A stretch of 38,414 nt of DNA from assembly GCA_018064985.1 (NCBI GenBank), contig JAGHUE010000133.1, forward strand, positions 1-38,414, written 5' to 3'. The first letter of the stretch is position 1. Every line of letters begins with the position of its first letter. The DNA is from Candidatus Colicola faecequi. Its GTDB lineage: Bacteria; Bacteroidota; Bacteroidia; Bacteroidales; Paludibacteraceae. Shown one piece after another: positions 1-6,580 of this stretch. The notes beneath the pieces are model-generated. The model searched no databases and was not told the DNA's origin. It saw nothing but the letters and a program-made list of their open reading frames with translations. The position numbers and the translations under genes are program-made.

Positions 1-2
1 TC

Positions 3-98
3 CATCAGCTGCATCTCACCCCGGCCACCGACCCGCTCACCCTGGCCGACGAGATCTTCACCGAGCTCTGCGAGGCCAAGAAATCGTTGGGCTGGTAA
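3..98 (+). CDS. 3' end of an unidentified CDS, 5'-truncated by the window edge
   Basis: The frame is open from the window edge and reads ...HQLHLTPATDPLTLADEIFTELCEAKKSLGW, with TAA at 96-98. Composition resembles the neighbouring genes. No family was recognised. Confidence 0.35.
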   Translation, partial: HQLHLTPATDPLTLADEIFTELCEAKKSLGW

Positions 99-116
99 GC
101 ATCCATCCGCATCGAA

Positions 117-291
117 TCTGACAGACGGACAGTCTGACAGTTCGATTTCGGAAGGGTAGGCAATGCTTCTCTTATCCTTATATCTATATATAATATATTA
201 ATAATCAATAAGTTATATAGGTATGACCAACGCTTTTCGGAAAACCATACCCCTTTCGTTTTCTTATCTGTCAGACTGTCAGACCGTCAGA
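117..291. repeat. Imperfect inverted repeat made of 8-mer x3 arrays flanking an AT-rich core
   Basis: The left arm at 117-140 is TCTGACAG ACGGACAG TCTGACAG. The right arm at 268-291 is CTGTCAGA CTGTCAGA CCGTCAGA, its reverse complement with a few mismatches. Weaker complementarity extends to about 160 and about 246 (GGAAGGGTAGG vs CATACCCCTTTC). The core at about 165-245 is very AT-rich (TATATCTATATATAATATATTAATAATCAATAAG). Confidence 0.7.
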
Positions 292-340
292 CTCTTTGCA
301 TATCTATCTGATTTTCAAACTATTAACCATTTCTCTTGTT

Positions 341-544
341 ATGCAAAAACATCATCCAACCTACGACATCCTGGCCGAAACGGCCCCCTGTCCACCCAAA
401 AACCTGCCGAGATTGCTCTCTTTAGCTGCGCAAAATGCGCCCGACCATATGAAACCCGCGATTTTAAATTCGGTCTTTCCTGCACTCGGAGCCCTCTTGC
501 GCGGTGTCAGATTCCGCTATCCCGATGAACGATTAAAAAAATAA
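341..544 (+). pseudogene. Possible truncated remnant of a longer gene, possibly of mobile-element origin (67 codons)
   Basis: An ATG at 341 gives MQKHHPTYDILAETAPCPPKNLPRLLSLAAQNAPDHMKPAILNSVFPALGALLRGVRFRYPDERLKK, then a stop. From memory, the LP-LL...PALGALL-G...Y-D pattern resembles N-termini of large Bacteroidales conjugative-element or phage helicase/primase-type proteins. This is unverified. The ORF is isolated and followed by an A/T run. Confidence 0.25.
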
Positions 545-600
545 AAAAATGCACATTTCTGAAAAATTTTTCCGAAAATGCAGTAATCTCGTCAATAGAA

Positions 601-633
601 GAAAGTCGCATGAAAGTGGCATGAAAGTGGGTT
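601..633. repeat. 33-bp module of three tandem 11-mers
   Basis: The direct reading is GAAAGTCGCAT GAAAGTGGCAT GAAAGTGGGTT. The architecture matches the modules at 13792-13824 and 31150-31182. Confidence 0.85.
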
Positions 634-757
634 CGTGCTTAACCCTAATACTAACCCTAAAATCTAATTATCACTATGAGTAAAACCGTATGTCTTAACC
701 CTGTCTGTACTTCCCTGAAGAAATCCCACGGCGACGCCCACAAAGAGGCCTAAAACA

Positions 758-785
758 AAAGGCCCCGGCACATGCCGAGGCCTTT
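758..785 (-). terminator. Hairpin terminator, probably for the minus-strand rluA-like transcript (bidirectional in form)
   Basis: AAAGGCCCCGGC-ACAT-GCCGAGGCCTTT forms 9 bp with one mismatch. On the minus strand it is followed by UUUUGUUUU (plus-strand AAAACAAAA at 752-760). On the plus strand only UUUG follows. Confidence 0.5.
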
Positions 786-871
786 GTAGTCAGATATTTT
801 TTTGCTGCGCCGGCATCATATCGTCGGCAAATGCATGCACAATCTTATTACGATTGTCGGTCGAGCGTCGT

Positions 872-915
872 GTGGACTTAGAGTGGAAGTGGAGTGGACT
901 TCCATAGGACTTGCA
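872..915. repeat. 11-bp-period tandem array of four units
   Basis: GTGGACTTAGA GTGGAAGTGGA GTGGACTTCCA TAGGACTTGCA, with unit starts at 872, 883, 894 and 905. Confidence 0.75.
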
Positions 916-978
916 TAAGGCATTTTTATGCACTATTTTATGATGCCTCTTCCTTGATTGGTTTGTACGTATGTCCGT

Positions 979-1896
979 TTAGTGGAAAAGGTGGAGGAAT
1001 TCGCGCGGAACGGGCGTTTCGAAATGCACCTTCTCTTCCGTAACGGGGTGGATGAACTCCAGGATACGCGCATGGAGCGCCAGACGGTCGAGCGGCGACT
1101 CGCCATTGCCGTACTTGCGGTCGGAGAGCACAGGATGACCGATAGAGGAAAGATGCACGCGGATCTGGTTGGTGCGACCGGTATCGAGGTTGAGTTCCAG
1201 CAGCGTGAACTGCTTTTTGTCGGATTTCGCCTCTTCCGAACCGAGTTCCGCCGTGCGCTTCACTACTTTGTAGTGCGTGATGGCCATCTTGCCGCCATTG
1301 TCCACAGGCGAAGAGTATACCATCGTCGACTTGGGGTCTTCCGTAAACCAGGTGCGGATAGTGTCCGAGTTCTTTTCGATAAGGCCGTCAGCCACAGCCA
1401 CGTACGTGCGCTTCGTCACAATCTGACGCCAGTAGGTGCGCATATATTCCTGCAGCTCCTGCGTCTTGGCAAAAACGAGCAGACCGGACGTCTCGCGGTC
1501 AAGGCGGTGAACGACATAAATGCCGTTGCGCTTGCTCTCACGGCGGACATAGTCGCGGAGAATGGAGAAAGCGGTAGTTTCCGTAGCACCCGGATGGGCA
1601 GCCACGGTAAGCAAGCCGCATTTCTTCTCTACAACGATCAGGTAATCGTCTTCATAAACGATCTGGAGCTTCGGATGAACGAGCGCGCTGTTGCCCCTGC
1701 CGGGCTGGATCTGCACCTCGTCGCCGGGGTTCACCTGTCGGTCGGCACGCGCCTCCACAGCACCGTTTACGTGAACGATTCTGCGCGAGAGCATGTTCTT
1801 TATACTGGTGCGGGTCATTCCGCCCATTTTCTGCTCCAGGAAATCGCCGAGCAGAGCGGCTTCGCGTACGCGAAGAGTAGTAGGTTGTTTTTTCAT
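979..1896 (-). CDS. RluA-family pseudouridine synthase with an N-terminal S4-like domain
   Basis: The protein has the HRLDRETSGLLVFAKT catalytic motif, GRTNQIRVHL, and an S4-like N-terminus (SIKNMLSRRIVHVNG). The start was moved to ATG 1896 (MKKQPTTL) because the upstream ATG at 1920 lies inside the rpmE2 terminator hairpin. Confidence 0.85.
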   Translation of the reverse strand: MKKQPTTLRVREAALLGDFLEQKMGGMTRTSIKNMLSRRIVHVNGAVEARADRQVNPGDEVQIQPGRGNSALVHPKLQIVYEDDYLIVVEKKCGLLTVAAHPGATETTAFSILRDYVRRESKRNGIYVVHRLDRETSGLLVFAKTQELQEYMRTYWRQIVTKRTYVAVADGLIEKNSDTIRTWFTEDPKSTMVYSSPVDNGGKMAITHYKVVKRTAELGSEEAKSDKKQFTLLELNLDTGRTNQIRVHLSSIGHPVLSDRKYGNGESPLDRLALHARILEFIHPVTEEKVHFETPVPREFLHLFH

Positions 1897-1900
1897 ACAG

Positions 1901-1934
1901 AAAAAGAAAGCCCCGACCATGAGTCGAGGCTTTC
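1901..1934 (-). terminator. Intrinsic terminator after rpmE2
   Basis: On the minus strand, GAAAGCCUCGAC-UCAUG-GUCGGGGCUUUC is followed by UUUUU. It lies 8 nt downstream of the rpmE2 stop. Confidence 0.7.
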
Positions 1935-1941
1935 TGCATTA

Positions 1942-2196
1942 TTAGTGACGCTTACGATTGCCGTAGCGAGACATGAACTTATCAACGCGACCAGCGGTAT
2001 CAACAAGCTTCGACTTACCGGTATAGAACGGGTGCGAAGTATTGGAGATTTCCAGCTTGAAGAGCGGATAGGTTTCGCCTTCGATTTCGATGGTGTCCTT
2101 CGTTGCAGCGGTAGATTTGCTGAAGAAGTAGTCACCATTAGACATATCTTTGAAAACTACAACGCGGTAGTTTTCGGGATGGATACCAGCTTTCAT
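1942..2196 (-). CDS. rpmE2: 50S ribosomal protein L31, type B (no CxxC zinc motif)
   Basis: [10 protein letters not shown]...SHPFYTGK...[10 protein letters not shown] is the L31 signature. The 84-aa length and lack of a Cys pair are typical of type B. Confidence 0.92.
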   Translation of the reverse strand: MKAGIHPENYRVVVFKDMSNGDYFFSKSTAATKDTIEIEGETYPLFKLEISNTSHPFYTGKSKLVDTAGRVDKFMSRYGNRKRH

Positions 2197-2240
2197 AATA
2201 ATTTTTTGCTAGGATTTGAAGTTCGTAAAATGGTTAACTA

Positions 2241-2684
2241 TTATTCAGCTACAACCTCGAAGTTGATAACTGCCTTAACATCGCGGTGGAGGCGAGCCTC
2301 AGCGGTGTAAGAACCGAGCTCCTTCGGAGCCTCTGCGATGGTGATGATCTTGCGGTCAACAGTTACACCTGCTGCCTCGAGAGCCTCAGCGAGCTGAGCG
2401 GTGGTAACGGTACCGAAGATAGCGCCGTTCTCGTTAGCCTTAGCAGCTACGGTTACTTTCATAGCACCGAGCTTCTCAGCGAGAGCCTGAGCGTCAGCAA
2501 GCATCTTAGCGAGCTTGTGTGCGCGCTGCTTCAGTTCTTCTGCGAGCATCTTGCGGGCAGACTCAGAAGCGATAACAGCCATCTTGTTAGGAATGAGGTA
2601 GTTGCGGCCATAGCCGTCGCGAACTTTTACGATTTCGTCTTTGTAGCCAAGATTCTTGACGTCTTGCTTAAGAATTACTTCCAT
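2241..2684 (-). CDS. rplI: 50S ribosomal protein L9
   Basis: MEVILKQDVKNLGYKDEIVKVRDGYGRNYLIP is the canonical L9 N-terminus. The gene lies in the S6-S18-L9 operon order. Confidence 0.95.
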   Translation of the reverse strand: MEVILKQDVKNLGYKDEIVKVRDGYGRNYLIPNKMAVIASESARKMLAEELKQRAHKLAKMLADAQALAEKLGAMKVTVAAKANENGAIFGTVTTAQLAEALEAAGVTVDRKIITIAEAPKELGSYTAEARLHRDVKAVINFEVVAE

Positions 2685-2719
2685 TGTTCAATTCGTTTTA
2701 AAGGTGAATACTTGGTTAA

Positions 2720-2989
2720 TTATTTCAAAAGATCGGTTACGTATGGGAGAAGAGCGAGGTGGCGTGCACGCTTTACTGCCTGAGCTACCTTACGCTGATA
2801 CTTCAGAGAGGTACCGGTAATGCGACGGGGAAGGATCTTGCCCTGCTCGTTGAGGAACTTCTTGAGGAACTCAGGATCCTTGTAGTCGATGTACTTGATG
2901 CCGGATTTCTTAAAACGGCAATACTTTTTCTTCTTGTTATCCTGCTGCTGCGGAGTGAGATAACGGATTTCTTGATTTTCTGCTGCCAT
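2720..2989 (-). CDS. rpsR: 30S ribosomal protein S18
   Basis: KKYCRF...IDYKD...LKKF...[12 protein letters not shown]...[12 protein letters not shown] is the S18 signature. Confidence 0.95.
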   Translation of the reverse strand: MAAENQEIRYLTPQQQDNKKKKYCRFKKSGIKYIDYKDPEFLKKFLNEQGKILPRRITGTSLKYQRKVAQAVKRARHLALLPYVTDLLK

Positions 2990-2992
2990 GAT

Positions 2993-3340
2993 TTAAGCCT
3001 CCTCTACTTTAGCGGTTTTGTTAATACGTTTCTGTGCATACTCGAACGCATATTTATCGAGGCGGAAGGTAAGGAAACGAACTACCTTCTCATCACGACG
3101 GTAAGCAGTCTCGAGAGTTGCGACAACTGTAGGTTCTGCATCGAACTGAAGTACGGCATAGAATCCCGTTGTTTTGCCTTGGATAGGGTAAGCAAGCTTC
3201 TTCAAACCCCACTCCTCACGGTTAAGGATGGATGCACCATTCTTGGTGAGAAGATTCTCGAATTTGTCAACAGCTTCCTTCATCTGAGATTCAGACAAAA
3301 CGGGAGTCAAAATGAAAGCTGTTTCGTAATGATTCAACAT
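2993..3340 (-). CDS. rpsF: 30S ribosomal protein S6
   Basis: The [13 protein letters not shown] start and [10 protein letters not shown] motif identify S6. It is the first gene of the rpsF-rpsR-rplI operon. Confidence 0.95.
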   Translation of the reverse strand: MLNHYETAFILTPVLSESQMKEAVDKFENLLTKNGASILNREEWGLKKLAYPIQGKTTGFYAVLQFDAEPTVVATLETAYRRDEKVVRFLTFRLDKYAFEYAQKRINKTAKVEEA

Positions 3341-3411
3341 AAAATTTTGATTATTAATTAGTTATAAGTTAATATTATTCCATTCTGCGGTTTACTCCAC
3401 AAAACGGACTG

Positions 3412-3443
3412 CAAAGGTACAACATTTTTTTGATTCCTACAAA
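3412..3443 (-). promoter_or_regulatory. Bacteroidetes-type promoter for the rpsF operon
   Basis: The minus strand reads TTTG-N20-TACCTTTG, with the -7 element at 3412-3419 and the -33 element at 3440-3443. It lies about 70 nt upstream of the rpsF ATG. Confidence 0.5.
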
Positions 3444-3477
3444 TTTTTTTGCGTTTTTCTGCTATTTTTCAGTAAGA

Positions 3478-3509
3478 TTTGCATATTCCAAAAATTTGCA
3501 CTACCTTTG
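3478..3509 (+). promoter_or_regulatory. Bacteroidetes-type promoter for the 3577 CDS
   Basis: TTTG at 3478-3481, a 20-nt spacer, then TACCTTTG at 3502-3509. The sequence is 32/35 identical to the cassette at 14859-14893. Confidence 0.55.
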
Positions 3510-3576
3510 CAAACTAATTATGCGCGCGCCCGCCGGCATGCGCCCAAACACATACGCACATCCTTAATTTCATTAT

Positions 3577-4119
3577 ATGATCTACAGAATCAATTTCATG
3601 AGCGAAGAAGCAGACAACTTCAAGCTCACCCTCGAAGCTTCTTCCGAAGCTACTTTCCTGGACCTTCACAAAGCTATCCTATCGGCCGTAGGTTACCCCG
3701 ACGACCAGATGACCTCGTTCTTCATGTGCAACGCACAATGGGAAAAAGAGCAGGAAGTGACGCTCGTAGAGATGGGCGACACCTTCGACTACGACAACAT
3801 GACCATGGAGGATACGCACCTCGACGAGCTCCTCTACGAGCAGAAACAGCGCCTGCTCTACGTGTTTGACCCCATGTTCGAGCGCAGCTTCTTCGGCAGC
3901 CTCGCCAAGATCGAGCCGGGCGACATGGATGGCGTCCGCCTTATCGAACTCAAGGGCAAAGCGCCCAAGCAGCTCCAAACCGAAGATCCGGCAGCAGCCA
4001 TCGTAAGCTCGGGGCTCGACCTCGATGAGGATTTCTTCGGCAACGACACCTACGACGAGGGCGACATCGACATGGAAGGTTTCCAGGATCTCTCGTTCGA
4101 AGACGGATCAATGTTCTAA
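3577..4119 (+). CDS. PRiA4b ORF-3-like (IS1096 passenger TnpR-like) family protein with an acidic C-terminal tail
   Basis: From memory, the N-terminus MIYRINFMSEEADNF...LDLHKAILSAVGYPDDQMTSFF...LLYVFDPMFERSF fits the PRiA4_ORF3 pattern. The C-terminus is D/E-rich. A promoter lies upstream. Confidence 0.65.
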   Translation: MIYRINFMSEEADNFKLTLEASSEATFLDLHKAILSAVGYPDDQMTSFFMCNAQWEKEQEVTLVEMGDTFDYDNMTMEDTHLDELLYEQKQRLLYVFDPMFERSFFGSLAKIEPGDMDGVRLIELKGKAPKQLQTEDPAAAIVSSGLDLDEDFFGNDTYDEGDIDMEGFQDLSFEDGSMF

Positions 4120-4183
4120 AGACACCCCTCCTGTCTTCGGCATCCTCCCCTCATAGAGTGGAAGAACCGGAACGGAAAATAAG

Positions 4184-5104
4184 ATGAAGACGCTGCTGGT
4201 AATAGTTGGGCCCACGGGCGTAGGCAAGACCGAACTGAGCATCGGGCTGGCCCGCGAGTTCGGTTCGCCTATTCTCAATGCCGACAGCCGTCAGATCTAT
4301 CGCGAGATACCCATCGGCACAGCCGCCCCCACAGCCGAGGAGCAGGCGCTGGTGAAGCACTACTTCGTGGGCACCCACAGCCTCAGCGAAGATTACAACG
4401 CAGGGCAATACGAGCGCGATGCGCTGGCCCTGCTCGACGAGCTCTTCCGCACGCACGATACCGTGGTCATGTCCGGTGGCTCTATGATGTATATCTCGGC
4501 CGTTTGCAAGGGGCTTGATGAGATGCCCGAAGTGCCGGCTGCCGTCCGTGAGAAATGGCAACAGGCGTATCGCGACAACGGCATCGAGTGGCTCGCGGAG
4601 CAGGTAAGACAGGCCGACCCTGTCTATTACGAGGAGGTCGACCGGCAGAATCCGCAGCGCCTCATCCACGCGCTGGAGGTAACGGAAGCCGGCGGCAGAC
4701 CGTTCTCCACCTTCCGCACACACGGCAAGAAAGAGCGCCCGTTCCGCATTGTCAAGATCGGACTCACGCGCCCGCGCGAAGAGCTCTACGAGCGCATCAA
4801 CCGCCGGGTAGACGAGATGATCCGTATGGGACTCCGAAGCGAAGCCGAAGCGACTCTGCCATTCCGCAGCAACAACAGTCTGCAGACCGTGGGTTACAAG
4901 GAGATGTTCAACCTCCTCGACGGCATCTGGACCGAAGAAGAGACCATCCGGATGATCAAGCAGAACAGCCGGCACTACGCCAAGCGGCAGCTCACCTGGT
5001 ACAGAGCCGACGAATCGGTCCGCTGGATCGACTTGAGCCAAACGTCCACCGCAGAGGCCATCGCACAGGTGCGACAACTGACGGACACTCTCAACAACGA
5101 ATAA
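4184..5104 (+). CDS. miaA: tRNA dimethylallyltransferase
   Basis: The protein has a P-loop (VIVGPTGVGKTELSIGLA), the ILNADSRQIYREIPIGTAAP motif, and RHYAKRQLTW near the C-terminus. Confidence 0.95.
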   Translation: MKTLLVIVGPTGVGKTELSIGLAREFGSPILNADSRQIYREIPIGTAAPTAEEQALVKHYFVGTHSLSEDYNAGQYERDALALLDELFRTHDTVVMSGGSMMYISAVCKGLDEMPEVPAAVREKWQQAYRDNGIEWLAEQVRQADPVYYEEVDRQNPQRLIHALEVTEAGGRPFSTFRTHGKKERPFRIVKIGLTRPREELYERINRRVDEMIRMGLRSEAEATLPFRSNNSLQTVGYKEMFNLLDGIWTEEETIRMIKQNSRHYAKRQLTWYRADESVRWIDLSQTSTAEAIAQVRQLTDTLNNE

Positions 5105-5119
5105 ATCAACCAAAGATAA

Positions 5120-6496
5120 ATGAAAAAACAACTCATCATCATTGTAGGAATAATCGGGTTACTGTTCGCTTCCTGCGGCGACAAAGAGGTGGATTTCACC
5201 TATATGCCGAAGGAACCGCGTGCCGGACAGACGATCGTTTTCACCAACACCACCTCGGAAGGCGAGGAATGGAGCTGGAACTTCGGCGACGGCACCACAT
5301 CCAGCAGCAAGAACCCCAGTAAGATTTTCAAGAAACCGGGACAATATGTAGTTGTGCTCAAGGTGGACGACAAGAACAGCCGCACCTGCACCCAAACCAT
5401 CAACGTGCACGATACCGTGCCGGCTATCGGTGTGAGCGACAGCATCGTGGGCTACTATAAGCGCATCACCCTCAGCGCCGACATCTACAACCCCTACGGC
5501 CAGACGCTGAGCTACCGATGGGAACTCCCGTCGGATGTCCGCCTGCTCAGCGGCGACCTCGAGAGCCGGAATATAGACGTATGTTTCACCCGCGCCAATG
5601 CCGATATCAAAGTGAGCTGCCGGCTGACGCAAGGCACCACCGAATGGGCGCTCGACACCACTCTCCACATCGAAGACACTCCGGCTCCGGCTCTTTTCTA
5701 CGCCACCGACAAGCAGCTCTTCCGCCAGCGCATCTATGAGTTCGGTCTGGAACAGCCGACCGCTCTCTCCGTTGCCGCAAAGCACACCACGGCTCCTTCT
5801 GCACTCGCAGTAAACGGCGACAAGCTCTATATCTTCAATGCCGACCGCACTACTGCCGGCACCCTCTCGGCTTACGACCTCGCGTCCGGCAGCACCACCA
5901 CCCTCCTCACCAACGCCTCGGCCGGCGAGAAGCAGGGCTTCGAGCACGGTTTCGCTTCCGGCAACAAGCTCTATTGGACCACGGCTGACGGCATCTACAG
6001 CTGTGCCGCATCCGCTTCGGGCACGTTTGAGGCCGATGCCGCTACATACAAGCTGCTCTCGGCAACCGACCTCGGCCTCGCAGCCGGACAGACAGCCGGT
6101 GGTTTAGCCGCTTACAACGGCATGATGCTCTATGCCTATGCCGACGGCATCAGCCTCTTCGCACAAGACACGAAGACCAAATCGGGCAACATCCTTGCGG
6201 GCAACACCATCAACTGCTTCACCATCGACCCTATCGCCCAGAAGATTTACTTCACCACCACTGGCGGCCTCTACGTGAGCACCATCAGCGGTGATAACGT
6301 AGTGCTCATCGATGCAGAAGCCGACGGCAAAGCCGTTTGCGTAGCCCAGGACGACAACCTGCTCTTCTGGACCACGGTTGCCGGCATCAAGCGATTGCCG
6401 CTCATCCAGAGCAACAACAACACCTTCCAGACCGCTCCTGAAGTGGTCAATACGGCCGTTGCCTCTGCCCTCGCAGCCGACAACACCAAGCGATAA
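5120..6496 (+). CDS. Lipoprotein with an N-terminal PKD domain and YWTD-like beta-propeller repeats
   Basis: A lipobox (LLFASC) is followed by a PKD motif (WNFGDGTTSSSKNPSKIFKKPGQYVVVLKV). LYW/FTT motifs recur (KLYWTTADGIY, KIYFTTTGGLY, LLFWTTVAGI). Confidence 0.85.
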   Translation: MKKQLIIIVGIIGLLFASCGDKEVDFTYMPKEPRAGQTIVFTNTTSEGEEWSWNFGDGTTSSSKNPSKIFKKPGQYVVVLKVDDKNSRTCTQTINVHDTVPAIGVSDSIVGYYKRITLSADIYNPYGQTLSYRWELPSDVRLLSGDLESRNIDVCFTRANADIKVSCRLTQGTTEWALDTTLHIEDTPAPALFYATDKQLFRQRIYEFGLEQPTALSVAAKHTTAPSALAVNGDKLYIFNADRTTAGTLSAYDLASGSTTTLLTNASAGEKQGFEHGFASGNKLYWTTADGIYSCAASASGTFEADAATYKLLSATDLGLAAGQTAGGLAAYNGMMLYAYADGISLFAQDTKTKSGNILAGNTINCFTIDPIAQKIYFTTTGGLYVSTISGDNVVLIDAEADGKAVCVAQDDNLLFWTTVAGIKRLPLIQSNNNTFQTAPEVVNTAVASALAADNTKR

Positions 6497-6580
6497 AAAA
6501 CTTCCATCCTACCCTCTGACCGATTATCATATTCACTTCCGGGCAAGCCGGAAACCCACAAAATAAAACAAAACGAACCG

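Noticed and set aside
165-245. The AT-rich core between octamer arrays, considered as a replication origin (DUE plus iterons).
   Set aside because: I found no convincing DnaA boxes. The closest, TTATCCTTA, has two mismatches to TTATCCACA. There is no dnaA or dnaN nearby, and the arms are inverted rather than direct iterons.
958-2310. A 450-aa plus-strand ORF spanning the rluA-like, rpmE2 and rplI regions.
   Set aside because: It runs antisense to three well-supported genes with clear family motifs. Its translation is low-complexity and R/H/V-rich with no recognisable domain. It is a typical shadow ORF in GC-rich coding DNA.
3507-3869. A 120-aa ORF overlapping the promoter and 5' part of the PRiA4b-like gene.
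   Set aside because: It starts inside the -7 promoter box and is R/P/H-rich. It is an out-of-frame shadow of the better-supported 3577-4119 CDS.
4151-5131. A 326-aa minus-strand ORF opposite miaA.
   Set aside because: It is antisense to an unmistakable miaA and has no motifs. It is a shadow ORF.
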